From the human T2T-CHM13v2.0 reference genome, Homo sapiens: a stretch of DNA of 64,000 nt. The stretch lies in the NCBI RefSeq assembly GCF_009914755.1, contig NC_060933.1. The stretch is one strand, 5' to 3'. The notes under the pieces are model-generated. The model was not told where the DNA came from, did no database searches, and saw nothing but the letters and a program-made list of their open reading frames with translations. A program made the translations under genes and the position numbers. Shown here piece after piece: positions 1-13,739 of this stretch (position 1 is its first letter; every line of letters begins with the position of its first letter).

Positions 1-945
1 CCATTCCATTCCATTCCGGATGATTCCATTCCATTGCATTCCATTCCATTCCATTCCCCTGCACTCGTGTTGATTCCATTCCCTTCCATTCCATTCCATT
101 CCGTTCCATTCCATTCCATTCCATTCTATTCCGGTTAATTCCATTCCATTCCATTCCATTGCATTCCATTCCATTCCATTGCAATCGAGTTGATTCCATT
201 CCATTCCTTTCCATTCCATTCCATTGCCTTGCATTCCACTCGGGTTGATACCATTCCCTTCTTTCCACTCCATTACATTCCTTTCCATGATTGATTCCAT
301 TCCATTCCATTCCATTTCATTCCATTGCAATCCATTCCAATCCATTCCATTCCATTCCATTCCACTTGAGTTGACTTCATTCCATTCCTTTCCATTCTAT
401 TCCATTCCTTTCCACTCGAGTTGATTCCATTCCATTCCAATCCATTGTGTTCCATTCCATGCCATTCCACTCGGGTTGTTTCCATTCCTTTGCATTCCAT
501 TCCATTCCATTCCATTCCGTTGCATTCCATTCCATTACATTCGAATTGATTCTATTCAACTCCCTTACTCTCCATTACATTCCATTCCATTCGGGTTGTT
601 CCATTCCATTCCATTCCATTCCACTCCATTCCATTGCACTCGGGTTTATTCCATTCCATTCCATTCCATTCCATTCCGGATGATTCCATTCCATTGCATT
701 CCGTTCCATTACATTCCCCTGCACTCGCGTTGATTCCATTCCATTCCATTCCATTCCATTCAATTCCATTCCATTACAATTCGTTCCATTCCTTTCTTTT
801 CCGTACCATTCCATTCCATTCCATACCATTCCATTCCATTCCATTCCATTCCATTCCATTCCATTCCATTCCGTTACATTCTGTTCCATTCCATTCCATT
901 CCATTCTATTCGGGTTAATCCCATTCCATTCCATTCCATTCCATT
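1..945 (+). repeat. Near-identical dispersed copy of 18328-19270 (offset 18327)
   Basis: Rare variants are shared at constant offset: gggttgatacc, ctttccatgattg, ccacttgag, gggttgtttcc, cctttcttttccgtacc, ccgttacattctg. ORF-track peptides 224..424 and 18551..18751 are identical. Confidence 0.85.
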
Positions 946-1181
946 CCTCTCCATTCCATTGCACTCGGGTTGATTCCATTCCATTGCATTCCATTCGATT
1001 CCATTCAATTCCATTCCGTTTCATTCCATTCTATTACATTCGGATTGATTCTATTCAACTCCCTTACTCTCCATTCCATTCCATTCCATTCGGGCTGTTC
1101 CATTCCATTCCATTCCTTTCCACTCCATTCCATTGCACTCGGGTTTATTCCATTCCATTCCATTCCATTCCATTCCATTCC

Positions 1182-1196
1182 ATTCCGGAAGATTCC
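1182..1196. promoter_or_regulatory. Perfect three-unit heat-shock element (nTTCnnGAAnnTTCn); representative of about 40 copies in the window
   Basis: The sequence reads aTTCc gGAAg aTTCc at 1182-1196. The same motif recurs at about 3990, 6470, 12630, 15480, 16520, 17880, 19340, 20150, 22220, 25645, 35665, 43040, 46440, 51250, 57205, 60240 and 63355, among others. The motif match is direct; function is inferred. Confidence 0.55.
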
Positions 1197-4100
1197 ATTC
1201 CATTCCATTCCATTCCATTCCATTCCATTCCATTCCATTCCGTTCCATTCCATTCCATTCCTTTCCGTTCCATTCCATTGCATTCCATTCTATTCCATTC
1301 CATTCCATTCCGTTCCGTTCCGTTCCATTCCATTCCATTCCATTCTATTCGGGTTAATTCCATTCCATTCCATTCGATTGCAATCGAGTTGATTCCATTC
1401 CATTCCATTCAATTCCGGATGACTGCATTCCATTGCATTCCATTCCATTCCATTCCCCTGCACTCGTGTTGATCCCATTCCATTGCATTCCATTCCATTC
1501 CATTCCATTCCATTCCATTCCATTCCGTTCCGTTCCGTTCCGTTCCGTTCCATTCCATTCCATTCCATTCTATTCGGGTTAATTCCATTCCATTCCATTC
1601 CATTCCATTCCATTCCAATCGAGTTGATTCCATTCCATTCCATTCCATTCCATTCCACTCCATTCCAGTCCTTTCCATTCCATTCCACTCGGGTTGATTC
1701 CAATGTATTCCTTTCCATTCCATTCCATTCCATTCCATTGCAATCGAGTTGATTCCATTGCTTTGCATTCCATTCCATTCCATTCCATTCCGGATGATTC
1801 CATTCCATTGCATTCCATTCCATTCCATTCCCCTGCACTCGGGTTGATTCCATTCCATTCCACTCCATTCCGTTCCATTCCATTCCATTCCATTGTATTC
1901 GGGTTAATTCCATTCCATTCCATTCCTTTCCATTCCATTCCATTCCATTACAATCGAGTTGATTCCATTCCATTCCATTCCATTCCATTCCATTCCATTC
2001 CTTTCCATGCCATTCCACTCGGGTTGATTCCATTCTATTAGTTTCCGTTCCATTCCATTCCCTTCCATTCCACTCTGGTTGATTCCATTCCTTTCCATTC
2101 CACTCGAATACATTCCCTCCTATTCCACTCGGAACGATTCCAATCCATTCCATTCCATTCCATTCCATTCCATTCCATTCCATTCCATTCCATTTCGTTC
2201 CATTCCATTCTATTCCGTATCATTCCATTCCATTCCATTCCATTCCACTCGTGTTGATTCCATTCATTTCCATTCCATTCGGTTTGAAGGCATTCCATTC
2301 CACTCCATTCCATTCCATTCCATTCCATTCCATTCCATTGTACTCGGGTTGATTGCATTCCATTGCATTCCATTCCATTCTATTCCGTTGCATTCCATTC
2401 CATTACATTCGGATTGATTCTATTCAACTCCCTTACTCTCCATTACATTCCATTCCATTCGGGTTGTTCCATTCCATTCCATTCCATTCCACTCCATTCC
2501 ATTGCACTCGGGTTTATTCCATTCCATTCCATTCCATTCTTTCCATTCCATTCAAGTTGAATCCATTCCATTGCATTCCATTCCATTCCATTCCCCTGCA
2601 GTCGGGTTGATTCCATTCCATTCCATTCGACTGCAATCGAGTTGATTCCATTCCATTCCATTCCATTCCATTCCATTCCATTCCATTCCTTTCCATTCCA
2701 TTACGGATGATTCCATTCCATTGCATTCCATTCCATTCCATTCCCCTGTACTCGAGTTGATTCCATTCCATTGCATTCCAATCCATGCCCTTCCACTCGT
2801 GTTGATTCCATTCTTTCCATTCCATTCAAGTTGAATCCATTCCATTGCATTCCATTCCATTCAATTCCATTCGATTGCACTCGGGTTGATTCCATTCCAT
2901 TCCATTCCATTCCGTTCCTTTCCATTCCATTACATTCGGATTGATTCTATTCAATTCCCTTACACTCCATTACATTCCATTCCATTCGGGTAGTTTCCAT
3001 TCCATTCCATTCCATTCCTCTCCATTCCATTGCACTCGGGTTGATTCCATTCCATTGCATTCCATTCCATTCCATTCAATTCCATTCCAATCCATTCCAT
3101 TCCATTACATTCGGATTGACTCTATTCAACTCCCTTACTCTCCATTCCCTTCCATTCCATTCGGGTTGTTCCATTCCATTCCATTCCATTCCATTCCACT
3201 CCATTCCATTGCACTCGGGTTTATTCCATTCCATTCCATTCCATTCCATTCCATTCCATTCCATTCCGGAAGCTTCCATTCCATTGCATTCCATTCCATT
3301 CCATTCCCCTGCACTCGCGTTGATTCCATTCCATTCCATTCCATTCCATTCCATTCCATTCCATTCCATTCCTTTCCGTTCCATTCCATTCCATTCCATT
3401 CCATTCCGTTCCGTTCCGTTCTGTTCCGTTCCTTTCCATTCCATTCCATTCTATTCGGGTTAATTGCATTCCATTCCATTCCATTCCATTCCATTCCATT
3501 CCATTCCATTCCATTCCATTACAATCGAGTTGATTCCATTCCATTCCATTCCATTCCATTCCATTCCAGTCCTTTCCATTCCATTCCACTCGGGTTGATT
3601 CCATTCTATTAGTTTCCATTCCATGCCATTCCCTTCCATTCCACTCTGGTTGATTCCATTCCTTTCCATTCCACTCGAATACATTCCCTCCTATTCCACT
3701 CGGAACGATTCCATTCCATTCCATTCCATTCCATTCCATTCCATTCCATTCCATTCCAGTTCGTTCCATTCCATTCTATTCCGTACCATTCCATTCCATT
3801 CCATTCCTTTCCATTCCATTCCTTTCCACTCGTGTTGATTCCATTCCTTTCTATTCCTTTCGGTTTGAAGGCATTCCATTCCATTCCATTCCATTCCATT
3901 CCATTCCATTCCATTCCATTCTCTTCCATTCCATTGCAGTCGGGTTTAATCCATTGCCTTTCATTCCATTCCATTCCATTCCATTCCATTCCGGAAGATT
4001 CCATTCCATTACATTCCATTCCATTCCATTCCCCTGCACTCGCGTTGATTCCATTCCATTCCATTCCATTCCATTCCGTTCCGTTCCATTCCATTCCATT

Positions 4101-7100
4101 CCATTCCATTCCATTCCGTTCCGTTCCATTCCATTCCATTCCATTCCATTCGGGTTAATTCCATTCCATTCCATTCGATTGCCATCGAGTTGATTCCATT
4201 CCATTCCATTCCATTCCATTCCATTCCATTCCATTCTTTCCATTCCATTACGGATGACTCCATTCCATTGCATTCCATTCCATTCCATTCCCCTGTACTC
4301 GGGTTGATTATATTCCATTCCATTCCACTCCATTCGGTTCCGTTGCATTCCATTCTATTGCATTCCATTCTATTCGGGTTAATTCCATTCCATTCTATTC
4401 CATTCCATTCCATTCCATTCCATTGCAATGGAGTTGATTCCATTCCATTCCATTCCATTCCGCATTATTCCATTCCATTGCATTCCATTCCATTCCATTC
4501 CCCTGCACTCGTGTTGATTCCATTCCGTTCCATTCCATTCCATTCCATTCCATTCTATTCCGATTAATTCCATTCCATTCCATTCCATTCCATTCCATTG
4601 CAATCGAGTTGATTCCTTTCCATTCCTTTCCATTCCATTCCATTGCCTTGCATTCCACTCAGGTTGATTCCATTCCCTTCTTTCCACTCCATTACATTCC
4701 CTTCCATTCCACTCGGAATGATTGATTCCATTCCATTCCATTCCATTTCATTCCATTGCAATCCATTCCAATCCATTCCATTCCATTACTTTCCACTCCA
4801 TTCCACTCGAGTTGACTTCATTCCATTCCTTTCCATTCCATTCCATTCCATTCCTTTCCACTCGAGTTGATTCCATTCCATTCCAATCCATTGCATTCCA
4901 TTCCATGCCATTCCACTCGGGTTGATTCCATTCCTTTGCATTCCATTCCATTCCATTCCATTGCATTCCATTCCATTCCATTCCGTTGCATTCCATTCCA
5001 TTACATTCGGATTGATTCTATTCAACTCCCTTACTCTCCATTACATTCCATTCCATTCGGGTTGTTCCATTCCATTCCATTCCATTCCACTCCATTCCAT
5101 TGCACTCGGGTTGATTCCATTCCATTCCATTCCATTCCATTCCATTCCGGATGATTCCATTCCATTGCATTCCGTTCCATTACATTCCCCTGCACTCGGG
5201 TTGATACCATTCCATTCCATTCCATTCCATTCCATTCCATTCCATTCCGGATGATTCCATTCCATCGCATTCCATTCCATTTCATTCCCCTGCACTCGGG
5301 TTGATTACATTCCATTTCCTTCCCTTCTATTCCTTTCCATTCCATTCCATTCCATTCTATTCGGGTGAATTCCATTCCATTCCATTCCATTCCATTCCAT
5401 TCCATTCCATTCCATTCCATTGCAATCGAGTTGATTCCATTCCATTCAATTCCATTCCGTTCCGGATGATTCCATTCCATTCCATTCCATTCCATTTCAT
5501 TCCATTCCATTCCATTCCATTCCCTTGCAGTCGGGTTGACTCCATTCCATTCCATTCCATTCCATTCCATTCCATTCCATTCCGTTCCGTTCAATTCCAT
5601 GCCATTCCATTCTATTCAGGTTAATTCCATTCCATTCCATTCCATTCCATTCTATTCCATTCCATTCCAATCGAGTTGATTCCATTCCATTCCATTCCAT
5701 TCCACTCCATTCCAGTCCTTTCCATTCCATTACACTCGGGTTGATTCCATTCTATTCCTTTCCACTCCATTCCATTCCATTGCAATTGAGTTGATTCCAT
5801 TGCTTTGCATTCCATTCCATTCCATTCCATTCCGGATGATTCCATTCCATTGCATTGCATTCCATTCCATTCCCCTGCACTCGGGTTGATTCCATTCCAT
5901 TCCACTCCATTCCGTTCCATTCCATTCCATTCCATTTTATTCGGGTTAATTCCATTCCATTCCATTCCATTCCATTCCATTCCATTCCATTCCATTCCAT
6001 TACAATCGAGTTGATTCCATTCCATTCCATTCCATTCCATTCCATTCCATTCCATTCCAGTCCTTTCCATTCCATTCCAATCGGCTTGATTCCATTCTAT
6101 TAGTTTCCATTCCATTCCATTCCCTTCCATTCCACTCTGGTTGATTCCATTCCTTTCCATTCCACTCGAATACATTCCCTCCTATTCCACTCGGAACGAT
6201 TCCATTCCATTCCATTCCATTCCATTCCATTCCATTCCATTCCATTCCAGTTCGTTCCATTCCGTTCTATTCCGTACCATTCCATTCCATTCCATTCCTT
6301 TCCATTCCATTCCTTTCCACTCGTGTTGATTCCTTTCCTTTCCATTCCATTCGGTTTGAAGGCATTCCATTCCATTCAATTCCATTCCATTCCATTCCAT
6401 TCCATTCCATTCTATTCCATTCCATTGCAATCGAGTTGAATCCATTGCCTTTCATTCCATTCCATTCCATTCCGGAAGATTCCATTCCATTGCATTCCAT
6501 TCCATTCCATTCCCCTGCACTCGCGTTGATTCCATTCCATTCCATTCCATTCCATTCTGTTCCGTTCCATTCCATTCCATTCCATTCCATTCCATTCCAT
6601 TCCATTCCGTTCCGTTCCATTCCATTCCATTCCATTCTATTCGGGTTAATTCCATTCCATTCCATTCGATTGCCATCGAGTTGATTCCATTCCATTCCAT
6701 TCCCTTCCATTCTATTCCATTCCATTCCATTCCATTCCATTCCATTGCAATGGAGTTGATTCCATTCCATTCCATTCCATTCCGGATGATTCCATTCCAT
6801 TGCATTCCATTCCATTCCATTCCCCTGCACTCGTGTTGATTCCATTCCCTTCCATTCCATTCCATTCCGTTCCATTCCATTCCATTCCATTCTATTCCGG
6901 TTAATTCCATTCCATTCCATTCCATTCCATTCCATTCCATTCCATTGCAATCGAGTTGATTCCATTCCATTCCTTTCCATTCCATTCCATTGCCTTGCAT
7001 TCCACTCGGGTTGATTCCATTCCTTTCTTTCCACTCCATTACATTCCCTTCCGTGATTGATTCCATTCCATTCCATTCCATTTCATTCCATTGCAATCCA

Positions 7101-8610
7101 TTCCAATCCATTCCATTCAATTCCATTCCACTTGAGTTGACTTCATTCCATTCCTTTCCATTCTATTCCATTCCTTTCCACTCGAGTTGATTCCATTCCA
7201 TTCCAATCCATTGCATTCCATTCCATGCCATTCCACTCGGGTTGATTCCATTCCTTTGCATTCCATTCCATTCCATTCCATTCCATTCCGTTGCATTCCA
7301 TTCCATTACATTCGAATTGATTCTATTCAACTCCCTTACGCTCCATTACATTCCATTCCATTCGGGTTGTTCCATTCCATTCCATTCCATTCCACTCCAT
7401 TCCATTGCACTCGGGTTTATTCCATTCCATTCCATTCCATTCCATTCCGGATGATTCCATTCCATTGCATTCCGTTCCATTACATTCCCCTGCACTCGCG
7501 TTGATTCCATTCCATTCCATTCCAATCCATGTCATTCCACTCGTGTTGATTCCATTCTTTCCATTCCATTCAAGTTGAATCCATTCCATTGCATTCCATT
7601 CCATTCGATTCCATTCGATTGCACTCGGGTTGATTCCATTCCATTGCATTCCATTCCATTCCATTCCATTCCATTCCATTCCATTCCACTCCATTCCATT
7701 GCACTCGGGTTGATTCCATTCCATTCCATTCCATTCCATTCCATTCCGGATGATTCCATTCCATTGCATTCCATTCCATTACATTCCCCTGCACTCGCGT
7801 TGATTCCATTCCATTCCATTCCATTCCATTCCATTCCATTCCATTCCTATCCGGATGATTCCATTCCATCGCATTCCATTCCATTCCATTCCCCTGCACT
7901 CGGGTTGATTACATTCCATTTCCTTCCCTTCCATTCCTTTCCATTCCTTTCCATTCCATTCTATTCGGGTGAATTCCATTCCATTCCATTCCATTCCATT
8001 CCATTCCATTCCATTCCATTGCAATCGAGTTGATTCCATTCCATTCCATTCCATTCCGTTCCGGATGATTCCATTCCATTCCATTCCGTTCCATTCCCTT
8101 CCATTCCCCTGCAGTCGGGTTCATTCCATTCCATTCCATTCCATTCCATTCCATTCCATTCCATTCCATTCCATTCCGTTCCGTTCAATTCCATTCCATT
8201 CCATTCTATTCGGGTTAATTCCATTCCATTCCACTCCATTCCATTCCATTGCAATCGAGTTGACTCCATTGCTTTGCATTCCATTCCATTCCATTCCATT
8301 CCGGATGATTCCATTCCATTGCATTCCATTCCATTCCATTCCCCTGCACTCGGGTTGATTCCATTCCATTCCACTCCTTTCCGTTCCATTCCATTCCATT
8401 CCATTTTATTCGGGTTAATTCCATTCCATTCCATTCCATTCCATTCCATTCCATTCCATTCCATTACAATCGAGTTGATTCCATTCCATTCCATTCCATT
8501 CCAGTCCTTTCCATTCCATTCCACTAGGTTTGATTCCATTCTATTAGTTTCCATTCAATTCCATTCCCTTCCATTGCACTCTTGTTGATTCCATTCCTTT
8601 CCATTCCACT

Positions 8611-11600
8611 CGAATACATTCCCTCCTATTCCACTCGGAACGAATCCATTCCATTCCATTCCATTCCATTCCATTCCTTTCCATTCCAGTTCGTTCCATT
8701 CCATTCTATTCCGTACCATTCCATTCCATTCCATTCCTTTCCATTCCATTCCTTTCCACTCGTGTTGATTCCATTCCTTTCCATTCCATTCGGTTTGAAG
8801 GCATTCCATTCCATTCAATTCCATTCCATTCCATTCCATTCCATTCCATTCCATTCCATTCTATTCCATTCCATTGCAATCGAGTTGAATCCATTGCCTT
8901 TCATTCCATTCCATTCCATTCCATTCCATTCCGGATGATTCCATTCCATTACATTCCATTCCATTCCATTCCCCTGCACTCGCGATGATTCCATTCCATT
9001 CCATTCCATTCCATTCCGTTCCGTTCCATTCCATTCCATTCCATTCCGTTCCGTTCCATTCCATTCCATTCCATTCTATTCGGGTTAATTCCATTCCATT
9101 CCATTCGATTGCCATCGAGTTGATTCCATTCCATTCCATTCCATTCCATTCCATTCCATTCCATTCCATTCCTTTCCATTCCATTACGGATGACTCCATT
9201 CCATTGCATTCCATTCCATTCCATTCCCCTGTACTCGGGTTGATTCCATTCCATTCCATTCCACTCCATTCGGTTCCGTTGCATTCCATTCTATTGCATT
9301 CCATTCTATTCGGGTTAATTCCATTCCATTCTATTCCATTCCATTCCATTCCATTCCATTGCAATGGAGTTGATTCCATTCCATTCCATTCCATTCCGTA
9401 TGATTCCATTCCATTGCATTCCATTCCTTTCCATTCCCCTGCACTCGTATTCTTTCCATTCCGTTCCATTCCATTCCATTCCATTCTATTCCGGTTAATT
9501 CCATTCCATTCCATTACATTCCATTCCATTGCAATCGAGTTGTTTCCATTCCATTCCTTTCCATTCCATTCCATTGCCTTGCATTCCACTCGGGTTGATT
9601 CCATTCCCTTCTTTCCACTCCATTACATTCCCTTCCATTCCACTCAGAATGATTGATTCCATTCCATTCCATTCCATTTCATTCCATTGCAATCCATTCC
9701 AATCCATTCCATTCCATTCCATTCCACTCGAGTTGACTTCATTCCATTCCTATCCATTCCATTCCATTCCTTTCCACTCGAGTTGATTCCATTCCATTCC
9801 AATCCTTTGCATTCCATTCCATGCCATTCCACTCGGGTTGATTCCATTCCTTTGCATTCCATTCCATTCCATTCCTTTCCATTCCGTTGCATTCCATTCC
9901 ATTACATTCGGATTGATTCTATTCAACTCCCTTACTCTCCATTACATTCCATTCCATTCGGGTTGTTCCATTCCATTCCATTCCATTCCACTCCATTCCA
10001 TTGCACTCGGGTTGATTCCATTCCATTCCATTCCATTCCATTCCATTCCGGATGATTCCATTCCATTGCATTCCATTCCATTACATTCCCCTGCACTCGC
10101 GTTGATTCCATTCCATTCCATTCAATTCCATTCCATTACAATTCGTTCCATTCCATTCTATTCCGTACCATTCCATTCCATTCCATACCATTCCATTCCA
10201 TTCCATTCCATTCCATTCCATTCCATTCCATTCCATTCCGTTCCATTCCGTTCCATTCCATTCCATTCCATTCTATTCGGGTTAGTTCCATTCCATTCCA
10301 TTCCATCCCATTCCATTACATTCCATTACAATCGAGTTGAATCCATTGCATTTCATTCCATTCCATTCCATTCCATTCCATTCCGGAGATTCCATTCCAT
10401 TGCATTCCATTCCATTCCATTCCCCTGCACTCGCGTTGATTCCATTCCATTCCTTTCCATTCCATTCCATTCCATTCCATTCCGTTCCGTTCCTTTCCAT
10501 TCCATTCCATTCCATTCCATTCCATTCCATTCCGTTCAGTTCCATTCCATTCCATTCCATTCTATTCGGGTTAATTCCATTCCATTCCATTCGATTGCAA
10601 TCGAGTTGATTCCATTCCATTCCATTCCATTCCATTCCATTCCATTCCATTCCTTTCCATTCCATTACGGATGATTCCATTCCATTGCATTCCATTCCAT
10701 TCCATTCCCCTGTACTCGGGTTGATTCCATTCCATTACATTCCAATCCATGCCCTTCCACTCGTGTTGATTCCATTCTTTCCATTCCATTCAAGTTGAAT
10801 CCATTCCATTGCATTCCATTCCATTCGATTCCATTCGATTGCACTCGGGTTGATTCCATTCCATTGCATTCCATTCCATTCCATTCCATTCCATTCCATT
10901 CCATTCCATTCCATTCCGTTCCATTCCATTCCATTACATTCGGATTGATTCTATTCAATTCCCTTACACTCCATTACATTCCATTCCATTCGGGTAGTTT
11001 CCATTCCATTCCATTCCATTCCTCTGCATTCCATTGCACTCGGGTTGATTCCATTCCATTGCATTCCATTCCATTCCATTCAATTCCATTCCGTTCCATT
11101 CCATTCCATTACATTCGGATTGATTCTATTCAACTCCCTTACTCTCCATTCCATTCCATTCCATTCGGGTTGTTCCATTCCATTCCATTCCATTCCACTC
11201 CATTCCATTGCACTCGGGTTTATTCCATTCCATTCCATTCCATTCCATTCCATTCCGGAAGATCCCATTCCATTGCATTCCATTCCATTCCATTCCCCTG
11301 CCCTCGCGTTGATTCCATTCCATTCCATTCCATTCCATTCCATTCCATTCCATTCCTTTCCGTTCCATTCCATTCCATTCCATTCCATTCCATTCCGTTC
11401 CGTTCCGTTCCATTCCATTCCATTCCATTCCATTCCATTCGGGTTAATTCCATTTCATTCCATTCGATTGCAATCGAGTTGATTCCATTCCATTCCATTC
11501 CATTCCATTCCATTCCTTTCCATTCCATTACGGATGATTCCATTCCATTGCATTCCATTCCATTCCATTCCCCTGTACTCGGGTTGATTCCATTCCATTC

Positions 11601-12334
11601 CATTCCAATCCATGCCATTCCACTCGTGTTGATTCCATTCTTTCCATTCCATTCAAGTTGAATCCATTCCATTGCATTCCATTCCATTCCATTCCCCTGC
11701 AGTCGGGTTGATTCCATTCCATTCCATTTCCATTCCATTCCATTCCATTCCATTCCGTTCCGTTCCGTTCTGGTCCATTCCATTCCTTTCCATTCTATTC
11801 GGGTTAATTCCATTCCATTCCATTCCATTCCATTCCAATCGAGTTGATTCCATTCCATTCCATTCCATTCCATTCCATTCCACTCCATTCCAGTCCTTTC
11901 CATTCCATTCCACTCGGGTTGATTCGAATGTATTCCTTTCCATTCCATTCCATTCCATTCCATTGCAATCGAGTTGATTCCATTGCTTTGCATTCCATTC
12001 CATTCCATTCCATTCCGGATGATTCCATTCCATTGCATTCCATTCCATTCCATTCCCCTGCACTCGGGTTGATTCCATTCCATTCCACTCCATTCCGTTC
12101 CGTTCCATTCCATTCCATTGTATTCGGGTTAATTCCATTCCATTCCATTCCATTCCATTCCTTTCCATTCCATTACAATCGAGTTGATTCCATTCCATTC
12201 CATTCCATTCCATTCCATTCCATTCCAGTCCTTTCCATTTCATTCCACTCGGGTTGATTCCATTCTATTAGTTTCCATTCCATTCCATTCCCTTCCATTC
12301 CACTCTGGTTGATTCCATTCCTTTCCATTCCACT
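8611..12334 (+). repeat. One apparently complete copy (about 3.72 kb) of the loose higher-order unit
   Basis: It spans two successive copies of the landmark cgaatacattccctcctattccactcggaacga (8611 and 12335). It contains the main cassettes in the same order as 17568-21214. Confidence 0.7.
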
Positions 12335-13739
12335 CGAATACATTCCCTCCTATTCCACTCGGAACGATTCCATTCCATTCCATTCCATTCCATTCCATTA
12401 CATTCCAGTTCATTCCATTCCGTTCTATTCCGTACCATTCCATTCCATTCCATTCCTTTCCATTCCATTCCTTTCCACTCGTGTTGATTCCATTCCTTTC
12501 CATTCCATTCGGTTTGAAGGCATTCCATTCCATTCCATTCCATTCCATTCCATTCCATTCCATTCTATTCCATTCCATTGCAATCGAGTTGAATCCATTG
12601 CCTTTCATTCCATTCCATTCCATTCCATTCCATTCCGGAAGATTCCAATCCATTGCATTCCATTCCATTCCATTCCCCTGCACTCGCGTTGATTCCATTC
12701 CATTCCATTCCATTCCATTCCATTCCGTTCCGTTCCATTCCATTCCATTCCATTCCATTCCATTCCGTTCCGTTCCATTCCATTCCATTCCATTCTATTC
12801 GGGTTAATTCCATTCCATTCCATTCCATTGCCATCGAGTTGATTCCATTCCATTCCATTCCATTCCATTCCATTCCTTTCCATTCCATTCCTTTCCATTC
12901 CATTACAGATGACTCCATTCCATTGCATTCCATTCCATTCCATTCCTCTGTACTCGGGTTGATTCCATTCCATTCCATTCCACTCCATTCGGTTCCATTG
13001 CATTCCATTCTATTGCATTCCATTCTATTCCGGTTAATTCCATTCCATTCTATTCCATTCCATTCCATTCCATTCCATTGCAATGGTGTTGATTCCATTC
13101 CATTCCATTCCATTCTGGATGATTCCATTTCATTGCATTCCATTCCATTCCATTCCCCTGCACTCGTGTTGATTCCATTCCCTTCCATTCCATTCCATTC
13201 CGTTCCATCCCGTTCCATTCCATTCCATTCCATTCTATTCCGGTTAATTCCATTCCACTCCATTCCATTCCATTCCATTCCATTCCATTGCAATCGAGTT
13301 GATTCCATTCCATTCCTTTCCATTCCATTCCATTGCCTTGCATTCCACTCGCGTTGATTCCATTCCCTTCTTTCCACTCCATTACATTCCCTTCCATGAT
13401 TGATTCCATTCCATTCCATTCCATTTCATTCCATTGCAATCCATTCCAATCCATTCCATTCCATTCCATTCCACTCGAGTTGACTTCATTCCATTCCTTT
13501 CCATTCTATTCCATTCCTTTCCACTCGAGTTGATTCCATTCCATTCCAATCCATTGCATTCCATTCCATGCCATTCCACTCGGGTTGATTCCATTCCTTT
13601 GCATTCCATTCCATTCCATTCCATTCCATTCCATTCCGTTGCATTCCATTCCATTACATTCGAATTGATTCTATTCAACTCCCTTACTCTCCATTACATT
13701 CCATTCCATTCGGGTTGTTCCATTCCATTCCATTCCATT

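Noticed and set aside
1183-1190. TTCCGGAA palindrome as a STAT (GAS) site or hairpin/terminator
   Set aside because: The spacing is TTC-N2-GAA rather than the N3/N4 of GAS elements, and an 8-bp palindrome is too short for a meaningful hairpin. The HSE reading fits better.
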